Shown: positions 15,613-35,579 of the stretch, piece by piece
Numbering within the stretch: position 1 is the first letter of the stretch
How the letters are laid out: every line of letters starts with the position of its first letter
From: the human T2T-CHM13v2.0 reference genome, Homo sapiens
Length of the DNA stretch: 64,000 nt
Direction: 5' to 3' (one strand)
NCBI RefSeq assembly: GCF_009914755.1
Contig: NC_060943.1
The notes under the pieces: model-generated
What the model was told of the DNA's origin: nothing
What the model saw: only the letters and a program-made list of their open reading frames with translations
The model's database searches: none
Translations under genes and position numbers: made by a program

Positions 15613-15764
15613 CTGCTCACTGTCTTTCACGGCTTCTCCCTCTGGGAGCTGAGGCCCGGCCATCTCGTGCCAACGCCGCTTCACCGCCCTGTACAGGAAC
15701 TCCTCCACCTCCCTCTCAGGGAGGACGCTGGGGTCCCAGAGCAGCTGGTCTTCGTTCTCGTAGA
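15613..15764 (-). CDS. MIER2: MIER2 exon 8 (IYENEDQLLWDP...VKDSEQ, ELM2 domain)
   Basis: 152 nt, gtgcag acceptor, CAG|GTGGGG donor; ELM2 'DQLLW.P' motif. Confidence 0.96.
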
Positions 15765-16930
15765 CTGCACAAGCAGAGGGCAAAGGTCAGCTTGCAGGAA
15801 CCCAATCTGCACCCACACACGCCAGGACAAGCAAAGCAGCCAACTCAGCCCCTGACAGGGAGGAGGCACTGTCCGTCCTCCCTTTCCCAAGCCCTGGGCC
15901 GCCATCCCTGTGCTCCTCCTGGGCTTGGTGCTGCTGTGCTCAATTCAACTACCGAGTGGGTCCAGAGCAGGCTCTGGGCACCACACACAGGCCTGTATCC
16001 CAACGACCAAGTGCAGGGAGCCATGAGCAGTCAGCAGGGGCGCCTGATCCAGCCAAGGGGTCAGAGGAAGCTGTGGACAGCCTAGATCTGGGGCAGGGGA
16101 ATTCTAAGCAAGGACTCTGCAGAGGGGGTTCTAAGTAGTGAGACCAGTGAGGTGAGGCTGGCTTCAGGCTGCACAGCTACAAGGGCACCTGAAATGCAGA
16201 GGCCTGAGGGAGCAGCAAGGACGCCCCCGACTCTGCATAAAGGCAGCTGAGACTTGGGCCCGTGGACAAGCGGGAGCCCCCACAGTTAGGCACTGTCGCG
16301 CTCTAACCCTGGGAGCTGAAGAGCCACGGCCAGAAGGTGCATCACCTCTGGGGAGACATCCTGCCCCCGGTAGCTGGTGTGGATGGCAGATGTGCTCACA
16401 GAGGGGAGGAAAAGTCCACGACCTCAGATGCAATTGGCTTTCGGCAAAGGGAGGGACGCAGCCTCCAGCTGTGGTGAGGGACGTGACTGGGGACAAGGCA
16501 GGGGAGAGCTCAGGGCCAGGTCTGGCAAGGCTCAAGTGCCAGCACCTCTCAATTATCCAGGAAAGAGGCACAGGATCCCAAACAAAGCAAACCAACAAAT
16601 AAAAAACAAAATCAGTGCACGGGAAGAAATGTGAAAAACGCACTGGGGAAAACAGCTCCACACGGGAGTCTCCACTGCCGGGGGCTGACGCGGTAACTAG
16701 CTCCCAGGTTGGTGCTGTGCCCCACCAAGCAGGGGCCTCTCCCGGTCCTCATGGCCATGAGGAAAACAGGCAGACACCACAGCCACCTTTCTCCATCTCC
16801 ACAGGCGACACCTGAGCCCTGCTTGGACAGAGGTGGTCTCCAAGAAAACAGCAGACCATCTCTGGAGAAAAAGAACACCACATACAGCCTAGCATGTGAA
16901 GGGTGGGAAAACACGAGGGAAAAACATTAA

Positions 16931-17546
<616 letters not shown>

Positions 17547-18410
17547 TTAAGAGTCAGCACACGAAGACTTCAATCTAACGAGGATTAATACGTTAAGGAA
17601 ATGGACAAAACGCCGGAGAGTCTCAGCAGAGACTTGAAATTTATAGAAAAGAATCTCAAGGACCTTCCAGGACTGGATAATACAATACCCGAATGGACCC
17701 ACTGAACAGCTTTTTTACCAGCAGCCTGAACACAGCACAAAACACAATTAGTGGAATCAAAAGGAAACCAATGTTTACAAGACCAAAACCAAAGTGTAAA
17801 AGGAAAGAACACCGTTTAGGGTAGTACAAGACAGTGAGGCAACCTCTAAGATACGTGTAAATGAGTGACAGAGAAAGCAAAGAAGGAGGCAGCACAAAAT
17901 CTGAAGAGATAACAGCCAAGAATTCTTCAAAACTGACGACTGATACCAACCCACAGAGCCAGGAAACTCAGGACGAATACAAGGACACACGAAGACGTGT
18001 GCACAGGCACAGGAGAGCCAAACTGGTGAAAAACAAACAAATAAAGGAAAGGAAACAACTCTTAGGAGAGAAAAGGGCACAATGACTTCAGAAGAAAGAG
18101 TAAGACCGTCCTCTGACTTCTCAACAGAAACGATGACAGCCAAAACGCAATGGAGTGAAATTTTTCAAGTGTTGAAAGAAAACACCCTGCAAACCTGGAA
18201 AAACATGCCATGAAAATATGCTTTAAAGAATGAAAGCAAAAATCCAGGCTTTTCAGACAAAAAAATGCTGAAAGAAAGCACAAGGCCTATTACAAAGGAA
18301 GTTCTTCCGGCTGAAGGAAATGATTCCAAATGGAAGCTGGAGGAAATATGTGGATAGGATAAATACAAAGAATGTTCACTGTTTAAAACAACAATGTTAT
18401 CATCTTGTGA

Positions 18411-18756
<346 letters not shown>

Positions 18757-18815
18757 TGAGTTAAACTGTTTCTTGCATTGTAGGGGAACTAGAATGTACT
18801 TATTTCAAGCTGTGA

Positions 18816-19113
<298 letters not shown>

Positions 19114-19233
19114 TCAATAATTCATGTTGTAACCTCTAAAGCGCTAAAACTAAAACTTATAAGCTGAAACAGAAGGACAAAATAAACCTATTAATCCAAA
19201 AGAAGATATAAAAAAATTAAAAAACAAACAACA

Positions 19234-19896
<663 letters not shown>

Positions 19897-20053
19897 AAGA
19901 ACAGATGGAACACACAGAAAGCAAAGAGCAAGATGGTGGCATTACACAATTGTTTTATAATTACATGACATACAAGTGATTTAAAAAATGTACATGGACT
20001 AAAAAGTCTATTAAAAGACAATGGTTTTCTCAGACAATTAAAAATAAGATCTA

Positions 20054-20326
<273 letters not shown>

Positions 20327-20906
20327 AAGATCTAAACATGTGCCATTTACAGAAAATACACTTCAAATATAGGAATCTAGAATGGAAAAAAGAATGGGAA
20401 AAAACCATGCAAACACTAAACAAATCAACAAAAAGCTGCCGTGGTCACACTGATGGCAGATTAAGTACTTATTTACGGTAAGAAGTGTTACTACAGAGAG
20501 ACACGTCACAATGGTAAAAGAAACAATTCAACACAAAGACAAAGCAATCTTAACGTGTATGCACTTAACACAATGTGAAGTAAAAATGGACAGCATTAAA
20601 AAGGGGAAATAGACAATCCACAATCAGAGGAGGTCATTAACAATCTTTCAGTAAATAGAACAAGCAGCCAAAAAAATTAAGTGAGAATACAGATGATGTG
20701 AACAACAATTATCCAGCGGATCCAAGGGAATACACGGAAAATTCCACCCAACAACAGCACAGCACACTCTCTTCAAACACGTACAACATTTACCAAAACA
20801 GATCAAATAATGGACATAAAGCGAGGTGCAACTAATTACAAAGAACTGAAATCACGGAGTATGTTTTCTGACCACAGTGTAATTCAATTAAAAATCAGTA
20901 AAAGGA

Positions 20907-21510
<604 letters not shown>

Positions 21511-21589
21511 TAAAAAACAGAAATCCAGCAACAGGGAGACATGAACAAGGCTAAAGTTAGTCCTTTGTAAAGAGTAATACAATTGATAA

Positions 21590-21889
<300 letters not shown>

Positions 21890-22225
21890 TCTCACATCTT
21901 AAAGAATAATTCCTCCAGAGGTTAGGAAAAAGGCACACTTCCAAACACATTCACAAAAGCAGCATAACTCTGGTACCAAAACCAGACACGGACAAATAAA
22001 AATAAAAGGACAGGCCAGTACCTCCATGAACATACATGCAAAAATCATAAATGTGAGCACATCAAACTGAGGAGGGAAGGGATTAAATACGTATATGTTG
22101 ATTTTCATTAATCCAGGTGCTCACAGCGAGCATGTAATCACTGCACCAGGGGATATACAGCATTTTCATCAAGCAATCAATACATAAACTTGTTTCAGGT
22201 GTCCACTTAAAGACGCCTTACTGCA

Positions 22226-22620
22226 GGCCAGGTGCAGTGGCTCATGAGTGTAATCCCGGCACTCTGGGGGGCTGAGGCGGACAGATCACTTGAGGCCAGG
22301 AGTTTGAGACCAGCCTGGGCAACAAGATGAAGCCTGGTCTCTACAAAATAAACAAAAAAAAAATTAGCCGGCGTGCAGTGGCGCACATCTGTAGTCCCAG
22401 CTACTCGGGAGACTGCAGCACGAGAATCACTTGAGCCCGGGAGCAGAGGTTGCAGTGAGCCAAGATTGCGCCACGGCACTCCAGCCTGAGCGACAGAGCA
22501 AGACTTTGTCCAAAAAACTAAATAGATAGATAGATAAATAAATAAAATTTAAATTTAAAAAATAGATACGTAAATAAAATTTAAATTAAAAATAAATAAA
22601 TAAAATTTAAATTTTAAAAA
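22226..22620 (+). mobile_element. Alu with AT-rich expanded tail
   Basis: Alu consensus followed by TAAA/TAAAATTTAAATTT repeats. Confidence 0.9.
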
Positions 22621-22631
22621 ATGTGTCATTG

Positions 22632-22941
22632 CAGGGGTTCCCAACCCCCAGGCCACAGCTGGCCGCACAGCAGGAGGTGAGCGGCAGGAGAGCCAGCATC
22701 ACTGCCTGACTCCGCCTCCTGTCAGATCAGTGGTGGCATTAGATTCTCATAGGAGCGCAAATCCCACTGTGAACTGCACACACCAGGGAGGCAGGCAGCA
22801 CACTCCTTATGAGAATCTAATGCCTGATGATCTGAGGTGGAACGGTTTCCTCCTGAAACCACGCCCCCTACTCCAACATCCGTGGAAAAATTGTCTTCCA
22901 CGAAACCAGTCCCTGGTGCCAAAAAAGGTTGGGAGCCACTG
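22632..22941 (+). mobile_element. MER1 (hAT-Charlie MITE, MER1B-like)
   Basis: CAGGGGTTCCCAACC...GGTTGGGAGCCACTG termini; internal inverted pair GCATTAGATTCTCATAGGAG / CTCCTTATGAGAATCTAATGC. Confidence 0.85.
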
Positions 22942-23495
22942 TCTCACTGGATCTGCCTTGTGGATTCACTAACACTGAACTCACGGCCAGCAGCCCCAGA
23001 GCTTGCGCCTGAGTGGAGCTTCTCGAATTTTCTCTGAAAGGGACATCATAGCCTTCTTCCACCTAAGAACACCAGACAGAACGTCGGCACTACATTTAGG
23101 GGCCACTTTAATCCATCAAGTAGCCGACACAAGGCACAAGGATGTGAAAAACGGCATTCAGTACACGGCAGGAAAGGCACGTGCTCACAGTAAAAGATCT
23201 GAGAGCCAAGACAGAGCAGCAGCTTGTCCCACCTCAGCTGGAACTGTACGTCAGGTAACTCGCCTTCACTGACACTCTACACACATCTGCTGGCGCCTGA
23301 CCGTAAAGGTGTTGCGAGTTTTGATTTGCGGTTTCAAATAAATTTTACCAAGTAGGCAATTCACCAGCACAGAACCCACAAATAATGAGGACTGAGTGCA
23401 TGAGATACATACACACAAGAGAGAACACTTCATGGCCAGGAAGCACGTTTATTCCACCGTGCACCGTTAACTTAACGTTTGAAAATCAATTTATG

Positions 23496-23787
23496 GGCCG
23501 GGCGCAGGGGCTCACACCTGTAATCCCGGCACTTTGGGAGGCCAAGGCAGGCGGATCACCTGAGGTCGGGAGTTCGAGATCAGCTTGGCCAACATGGTGA
23601 AACCCCATCTCCGCTAAAAATACAAAAATGAGCCAGGCGTGGTGGCGGGTGCCTGTACTCCCAGTTACTTGGGAGGCTGAGTGGGAGAACTGCTTGAACC
23701 CAGGAGGCGGAGGTTGTGGTGAGCTGAGATTATGCCACTGCACTCCAGCCTGGGCAACAGAGCAAGACTCCATCTCAAAAAAAAAAG
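23496..23787 (+). mobile_element. Alu
   Basis: Alu consensus. Confidence 0.93.
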
Positions 23788-23900
23788 ATTAAAACTTGTC
23801 AGTTGCTGAAAAAAATAAGTTTTAATCTTAAAACTTACATAGATATGCAATGAAAACTTACAAAGTTAGAAGACTTGCACCACCTCAGACTTCCTTGTAA

Positions 23901-24353
<453 letters not shown>

Positions 24354-25019
24354 TAAACTAAGTTGGATCACAGCCTTAAATGTGAAAGGAAAAACAATAA
24401 ATCTTCTAGAAAGAAACGTGGAAGAATATCTCCAAGAGCCTGAGGTAAGCAAACACTCCTTAAGTAGAACACACACACACATTATTATTCAAATAATGAT
24501 TGATAAGTTGGACTTTATTAAAATTAAAGACATCACTAAGAGAGTCAATGGGCAAACCACAAACTGGAGAAAACAGCAGCAGTGCACAAAGCCCAGAAAG
24601 ACTTGTTTCCACAAAATGTGAATGACTACAAATCAGAAAGGGAAAGACAACAAAATGGGAGAAAGCTTGGAGCACGCAAAGAGAGAATATCCAAATGGCC
24701 AGTACACCTGCGAAAGGTGCTCACCAGGGAAATGCCAATTAAAACCACAATGGGACAGGAGTCCATATCCACCAGACGGGCTAAAATTCAGGCAAATTCA
24801 CCCTCAGTGGCAAACACCGAGAATGTGGAGCAACTCCCACAAATCATTAGTGAGAAACTCAAGCAGTATGCGTCACCCTAAGCACACACCTCCCACACGA
24901 CTCCCCGCTGTCCATCAAGTGCCGAGTGCCTATGTCCACTAACGACGCACACGAGGGCATTCACAGCCCACAGCTGAACCAACCATGACCGCAGCCCATG
25001 GCAGAAAGGGTGGGTAAAT

Positions 25020-26835
25020 GTGGCATCCAAACCAAGGACCACGATGCAACACACAAGACACACACAACCACGGCATCCAAACCAAGGACCACAATGGAAC
25101 ACACAAGAGACTCAAAAACCATGGCATCCAAACCAAGGACCACAACGCAATACACAAGACACACACAACCACACAGACAACTCAAATGACAGACGTCATC
25201 ACAATGCAATACACACGACACACACAACCACGCAGACGACTCGAATGACACAGGCGTCATCACAATGCAATACACAGGACACAACCACACAGATGACTCA
25301 AATGACACAGACGTCATCACAATGCAATATACAAGACACACACAACCACGCAGACAACTCGAATGATACAGTCGTCATCATAATGCAATACACAAGACAC
25401 ACACAACCACGGCATCCAAACCAAGGACCACAATGCAATACACAAGACACATACAACCACGCAGACGACTCGAATGACACAGACATCATCACAATGCAGT
25501 AAAGACACACACAACCACACAGATGACTCAAAGAACAGACATCATCACAATGCAATACACAGGACACACACACACAACCATGCAGACGACTCGAATGACA
25601 CAGGCATCATCACAATGCAATACACAGGATACAACCACATAGACGACTCAAATGACACAGACGTCATCACAATGCAATACACACACAACCATGCAGATGA
25701 CTCAAATGACAGACATCATCACCATGCAATACACAAGACACACACAACCATGGCATCCAAACCAAGGACCACAATGGAACACACAAGACTCAAAAACCAC
25801 AGCATCCAAACCAAGGACCACAATGCAATACACAAGACACACGCAACCACACAGACAACTCAAACGACACAGACGTCATCACAATGCAATACACAGGACA
25901 CACACAACCACAGACAACTCGAATGACACAGACGTCATCACAATGCAATACACAAGACACACAAAACCACACAGACAACTCGAATGACACAGGCGTCATC
26001 ACAATGCAATACACAAGACACACACAACCACACAGACGACTCGAAGGACATAGGCGTCATCACAATGCAATAAAGACACACACAACCACACAGACGACTC
26101 GAATGACACAGACGTCATCACCATGCAACACACAGGACACACACAACCACGCAGACGACTCGAAGGACACAGGCGTCATCACAATGCAATACACAAGACA
26201 CACACAACCACGCAGACGACTCAAAGGACATAGGCGTCATCACAATGCAATAAAGACACAACCACACAGACGACTCGAATGACACAGGCGTCATCACAAT
26301 GCAATACACAGGACACACACAACCACGCAGACGACTCGAATGACACAGACGTCATCACAATGCAATACACAAGACACACACAACCACGCAGACAACTCGA
26401 ATGACACAGGTGTCATCACAATGCAATACACAAGACACACACAACCACGCAGACAACTCGAATGACACAGACGTCATCACAATGCAATACACAGGACACA
26501 CACAACCACACAGACGACTCGAATGACACAGGCGTCATCACAATGCAATAAAGACACACACAACCACGCAGACGACTCGAATGACACAGACGTCATCACA
26601 ATGCAATACACAAGACACACACAACCACGCAGACGACTCGAAGGACACAGACGTCATCACAATGCAATAAAGACACACACAACCACACAGACGACTCGAA
26701 TGACACAGACGTCATCACAATGCAATACACAAGACACACACAACCACGCAGACGACTCGAATGACACAGACGTCATCACAATGCAATACACAGGACACAC
26801 ACAACCACGCAGACGACTCGAATGACACAGGTGTC
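25020..26835. repeat. Composite minisatellite (61-bp GACGACTCGAATGACACAGACGTCATC... unit plus ~50-bp GGCATCCAAACCAAGGACC... unit), MIER2 intron 7
   Basis: Two unit types sharing ACAATGCAATACACAAGACACACACAACCAC. Confidence 0.95.
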
Positions 26836-27767
26836 ATACCGAGTGGGAGGGGCCAGCTGGCATCCCATGGGACGAAGAAGTCCTGGCTGCTCCAGACAGG
26901 GCACCCTCATGGGGGGTGAGTCAGGGTGGGGAAAGGGCCCTGATGACAGACTCCAAGGCCAGGGTTTCTGGGTGAGGGTCCCAAGTGTCCCCTCCGACCC
27001 TGCCTTCTGGATGTCCCAGCAGCTTGGCTGCACCTTCCTGGCTCCGTCCTCTTCTCACACGGGGCACCCCCGACCAGCCCCAGGAGGACGACTTCTCTTC
27101 ACGGAGGGTCCCTGTCTCCCTGGACTCAGTACTTCTGCTGCACCTGTCCCTTCCCACCACGCATCTCAGCCACTGAATCACCTTGGAGAAGGCTCCTGAG
27201 CTAGGAGCACTGGCCCAGGGCCTGCGAGGGCTCCAGGGCAACACAAATGAGACCCAAGTCAATGGGCACGTGACTCCACGCCTCAAAGGGGCAAGAGAGG
27301 GTCGATTTTGAACTCTAGTGGGAAAGAGACGAAGGTCAAGCCCAGGAAAGGGAGCACCCTGAAGAGGAGCGGAGCAAGGCCGGGGGTGCAGCGCAGCACC
27401 CGGCGGGTCTCTGGAGAACCATCTAACCCGGCACAGAGCCATCGAATGCAGCGGCCCAGGCTGTGGGGAGGCGGCTGGAGTCAAGGGCAGGGCAGGGCTG
27501 GGTCAGAGGCAGGACGGGCTGCTGAGGGTCTGGCTGCACAGGCTGACCAGAGCAGACCCCAAGGGAGGGACAGAGCTGGGCAGGGGCAGGCAGCAATAGG
27601 CCCACTGCAGCCATGAGAGCCTCCCACCTCCTCCAGCCACAGGCTCAGCTGCCCCAGTGAGCGATGCGGGGCGGGGACCTGACCAGACTGTCCAAGGATC
27701 TGACGTCCAGCCAGGCCACTCCCCTTGCAGAAGTGGGTTTCGCCTCCTCTCCCCAGGCCCTACTTAC

Positions 27768-27837
27768 TCTTCTCACAGTGCCGGTTCAAGTGCAGGTTGC
27801 TGAGGTCAGCTTGGAACTGAGGTCCCACCATGATCTC
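27768..27837 (-). CDS. MIER2: MIER2 exon 7 (EIMVGPQFQADL..., start of ELM2 domain)
   Basis: 70 nt, ttgcag acceptor, GTAAGT donor; IxVGxxFQA ELM2 signature. Confidence 0.96.
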
Positions 27838-28244
27838 CTGCAAAGCAAGCACCTGGGAATCAGGACACTGAGGAGCATCTAGGCCGGGCGGGAGGCTGGC
27901 TGCAGCGTGCTGTGGCAGGCTTACGGGGAGGGGCCACTGTCCAGACCCCAGACCCATCTGTGCCGTCTACCTGCTGATGCCCAGTTCTGGGGTCTGAAGG
28001 TGGGAGGCAGAGGCCTGGGTGTGTGAGGGGTGAGGCTGTGTCCTGACGCCTGGCCTGGCAGAGGCCCAGACAGGATGTCGGAGGACAAACACTCTGGGTC
28101 AGCAGCAGGGGCCCAGGCTCCGGTCCAAAGCACCTGTGGCCGGTCCCAGCCCACCCTGGGGTCGAGCAGCACGTCCCTCCTCTGAGAAGGGGCACAAACC
28201 CAGGGAGAGGGCTCAGCAGGACCCGGCTGCGGTTACTGAGGCCG

Positions 28245-28636
28245 AGATACCAGGTTGGGGAGAGGGCAGAGCCATGGGAGGGATGCCAGGTTGGGGACAC
28301 GGCAGAACCACGGCTGGGATGCCAGGTTGGAGACACAGCAGAGCCACGGTCGGGATGCCAGGTTGGGGACACAGCAGAGCCACGGTTGGGATGCCAGTTT
28401 GGGGAGACGGCAGAACCACAGTCCGGATGCCAGGTTGGGGACACGGCAGAGCCACGGCCGGGATGCCAGGTTGGGGACACGGCAGAGCCACGGCCGGGAT
28501 GCCAGGTTGGGGACACGGCAGAGCCACGGCCGGGATGCCAGGCTGGGGAGACGGCAGAGCCACGGTCGGGATGCCAGGTTGGGGAGACGGCAGAACCACG
28601 GCCGGGATGCCAGATTGGGGAGATGGCAGAACCACG
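28245..28636. repeat. 36-bp minisatellite (GGGATGCCAGGTTGGGGACACGGCAGAGCCACGGCC), ~11 copies, abutting the exon 6 donor
   Basis: Tandem periodicity; ends 3 nt from the donor GT. Confidence 0.95.
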
Positions 28637-28639
28637 TAC

Positions 28640-28731
28640 CTTCTTACATTTGTTGGCAGGAAGAGAGTCCTCCTCGGTGTCGGAGGAGGCAGAAGAGCCA
28701 GGCTCTCTGTCTTCATCAGCCAGGAAACGAG
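28640..28731 (-). CDS. MIER2: MIER2 exon 6 (SRFLADEDREPG...ANKCKK)
   Basis: 92 nt, cccaaag acceptor, AAG|GTACGT donor; peptide in ORF 27860..28939. Confidence 0.94.
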
Positions 28732-29265
28732 CTTTGGGAAAACAGAGGCAGGTCCCCCAGGGTCTCCACTGCCTGCAGCCTATACAACCCCTTCTCTCCA
28801 CTCCCATTCTCCATCCACCTGATCCCCAGGCCATAACCCTCTCTCTGGCCAGACATTGGGTAAACAGATGGGCACAGGACCCAGGACCAGGGATGCACCT
28901 TTGAAGAAAGAGGCCTTCCCTTCTATGCAGCTGCTGCACCTCTGGGCCCCGAGCCCTCAGTTCCCAGGAAAGCCAGCACAGAGGCTTGTGAAGGAGGCCG
29001 GTTCTGGGAATGCTGTCCCTGGATCTGCTAGGGGAACCAACATGTTCCCTACTTGTTTAAACCAAATCGCTCTGAGAGTCCAGGCTCACTGGCCAGCGTG
29101 GAGGAGAACAAAGCACCCCCAGGGCTACTGACGCTTCCCGCCAGGCAGACGCCCTCATCTGTGATGAGTTCTTGGCCTGCATCAGCCCAAGGACCCTTCA
29201 TCAAGCATCACGACTGCCTGGCAGGGGGCCTGGCTGCGGTGGAGTATGGGGACAGAGTCACCTAC

Positions 29266-29389
29266 ATCCACTCCGGTTAGGGAAGAGGTCGGAGGCCTCG
29301 TGGGAGGTCACGGACGGGGTGAGGTCGTCAGCAGATGATTGCGTCTCTTCCTCTTCTTCCCCTGAAAGCAAATCCTTCGCTATTTGTTC
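29266..29389 (-). CDS. MIER2: MIER2 exon 5 ([41 protein letters not shown])
   Basis: 124 nt, T16-aaag acceptor, GTAGGT donor; acidic MIER segment [14 protein letters not shown]; phases fit both neighbours. Confidence 0.95.
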
Positions 29390-29996
29390 CTTTAAAAAAA
29401 AAAAAAAAAGTAAAGAACATTTTACAGTTTAACAATCTCGCAATACCACTAATGATAACAACAGTAAAGACACTGGGAGTGCCCTGAGGCTCACATGGGG
29501 CTGCTATTCCCATTCTGCAAAGGGTGCACAGCGTGGGGGGAGCGGGGATGGGAAGGAGACACGTGGGAGCCCACACCCAGCCACCAGAGCTGGAGACAGT
29601 TAGAGCTGCCACTGGGCACACGCCCGGAGTGCATGGCTCTTTCTCTGACTGTGCATTTGGTTTTAACCTTCTACAATGCAGCCCGCCCCTGCTCCCAACA
29701 CCCAAGCCTTGACCTGTGACCTCTGGGTACGGAATGGCAGAGAGACCAGTCCTGGGGAGGCCCCGATGTGCCCCTCCACCCACCAAAGCCAGAATGACAT
29801 GTGGCCTGGGGTTAAAGCTAGGGTCCAGCCCCATGCCCATGGCCATTCCAACCCCAGGGTAGTGGTCACAGGTACATTCTACTTATTCTGGGGGCCTTTG
29901 TGCCTCCTCTCACTGAACACTCCCCTCTGCAGAGAGGCAGCGCCAGGCCCCCCCACCTTCAGCTGTGAGCCAGTTCCAGGAAGGGCCCTCACTTAC

Positions 29997-30122
29997 TTTG
30001 TCCAGGGTCATGTCTGGGAGGTTCGGGGCCACGTCACCACCCTCACTCTCCCGGTCTGAAATGGGGTCTGACGCCTCGTAGCCATAGAGCGCAAGCAGCT
30101 CATCAAAGGGCATGTCGTTGCT
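29997..30122 (-). CDS. MIER2: MIER2 exon 4 (SNDMPFDELLALYGY...LPDMTLDK)
   Basis: 126 nt, ctcag acceptor, GTAAGT donor; MIER-family MP..ELL..YGY and LPDMTLDK motifs. Confidence 0.96.
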
Positions 30123-30384
30123 CTGAGTTGTGGAAGGGAACAAGGCCCCATCAGGAGGGACGGCTCTGGGGGTTCCTGTCCCTGTCCTCTTGCCTGAGCC
30201 TCACTGGCCACAACCAGGGCCACTCTGTCACACCCATAGCAACTCCCCACATGGCAGCACTCCCCAGCCAGACCTCAGGCCCAGTCCTTCATCCAAGAGC
30301 TCCTTTACAATCCCTCAGAGGCACCAGAGCCTAGGGGTCACCGGCCAGGGAAGAGGGCACCACCCTGCCCACAATGCCTCCTTG

Positions 30385-30458
30385 CACAGGGTGAATTACA
30401 GGAATACAAGGATGGTGTGACACAGGGTGAATTACAGGAATACAAGGATGGTGCGACA
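30385..30458. repeat. 36-bp tandem duplication (CACAGGGTGAATTACAGGAATACAAGGATGGTG)
   Basis: Two adjacent copies in L1-ORF2-like sequence. Confidence 0.85.
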
Positions 30459-30582
30459 CCTGGCAATTTACTATTGTAACTCAACATCAATATATTAAAG
30501 GGGAAAAAAGTTATCTGAAAAAGGCATTTGGTAAAATCCGACATCTATTCCTGATTTGAAAAAAAAAAAAAAGGAACTCTCA

Positions 30583-30942
<360 letters not shown>

Positions 30943-31740
30943 TCAATTCACACTCAGTCAAAAATGGGTAACCAGAGCAGCCCCCATTACGATCTGGAAC
31001 AAGAGCACTGTGATTAACGAACACTGTTTTGATGCTCTGAGCCAATGTAATATGACAAGAAGTATAAATAAGGCACGTAATTCCTGGGAAGGAAGAGATG
31101 CGAACTATCAACATCATGCTCTCCAGTGCTGCTTTCAAATCCTTCTGTCCTCCCTTGTGTGAGCCTCTATTCCACAGAGGCTAGTCCTGTCTGCTCAGAC
31201 TCCACGCTGATCCCTGTGGGTCACTTTCAGCTTCCAACTTCCGGAACACTCCCTCTCATTCTCTCAAGATGTTAGCACTGGCCTCCCCTCCACCCCAGCT
31301 CCTGCCCAGACTCAACCTGGGGGCTTCAAGTCCACATAGAAACCTCCCAGCCTAGTCCCAGCCCTTCTCCAGGTGGAATATCTACACTGAGTCCCCCTTT
31401 TGTTCTCTCACAGGACCCCGTGGAAAGAACAGATTCTGTATGTCCATTACCTTCAGGATTATGAAGGTGGGAAGGTTGACACAGTGGTCCAGAGGCCCTT
31501 GGGTTGCCTGAACCTCTCCATAGTAGCCCAAGGTGAAGACCCTTTCCTAAGAGCACTCAGCCGTGACTTCCATTTTTGGCTTCATTGAGGCTTGCACTGA
31601 TAGTGCAGCATTGGCAGCCGGCAAGAGCCCAGTGCCCGTGGAAGCTGCAGCCAGTGCATCCCTGCCCACAAGTCACTGCTGTCACATTCCTCACAGACCA
31701 AAAGCAAACACCCCAGCTTCACTTCAGAAGATGCTGGACA

Positions 31741-32020
<280 letters not shown>

Positions 32021-32396
32021 AAGATGCTGGACAAAGTGAGCATTTTGTTAAGTCTCACCCTGAGCAGATGTTTCCATGTGCTGTGAGGGCGTGGGAAGCA
32101 TGCAGAATGCACCTGCTGCATACCAAAGTGAGGTGGTTCCTTCAAGGAACCACATGCATGGAACGAGTGGTGAGACGAAGAGGCTGTTCCTGGTCGTTTC
32201 ACCTGAAAGAATGCTGGCCAACTATAGCCACTCAGAAAGGCACCTGGCAGGCGCTGCCTTGTATGCAAGCCAGGGGGGCTGTTACTGCAAAGGAAACAGC
32301 TGACCATAACTGCTGCAATGGTAAAACTCAAGATTTTGAAAAACTTGGGTTTGACAACATGAACTTGCCGAATTTCTAATATTTAAAAAACTTACA

Positions 32397-32705
<309 letters not shown>

Positions 32706-32744
32706 CTTATGATAAGGCTGGTGGTGATATCAACTGTTACAGTC

Positions 32745-32990
32745 AACCCTAAGCCCCAACATGACTATATTTGGAGACGGGGCATTTACAGAGGTAATTA
32801 AGGTTCAAGGAGGCCGTGAGGGTGGGGCCCTGATCCAACAGGATTAGTGTCCTTTCAAGAAAAACACCAGAAGGCTCCCTCTTGTTCTCTATCCACCATG
32901 TGAGGACACAGCAAGCCAAGAAGAGAGCCGGCACCAGAACCCACTCTGCTGGACCTTGATCATGGACCTTTCTGCCTCTTGACCTGTGAG
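32745..32990 (+). mobile_element. MaLR LTR fragment (MLT1/MST-like)
   Basis: gaggtaattaaggtt, ggattagtgtcctt, atgtgaggacacagcaag, ccttgatcatggac motifs. Confidence 0.7.
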
Positions 32991-33211
32991 GTTCACTGAT
33001 ACGGTCTCAGATTCCACTCCACAACTACTCTCTACAAAACTATCACTTGATGGGTTTTGCTGTAGCATCAAAGAAGAATACCCACAATTATCCGAAAAGC
33101 TGTGAAATACTCCTACCTTTTTCAACCACAGATCTGGCTGAGGCTGTATTTTAACTTCAACCATAAGAGCCTATCACAACAGATCAATGTCTCCCTTAAA
33201 AGACAGAAACT

Positions 33212-34141
<930 letters not shown>

Positions 34142-34264
34142 TCATATTTGCTTCTACATTCAAAGAGATATGGAAAACTAAAAATTCAGTCTTCTAATTT
34201 TTTTTCTTTTGGGACAGTTTTTTTTATTTTCATAAAAATATTTATATTAACATGTCACTGATTT

Positions 34265-35579
<1,315 letters not shown>

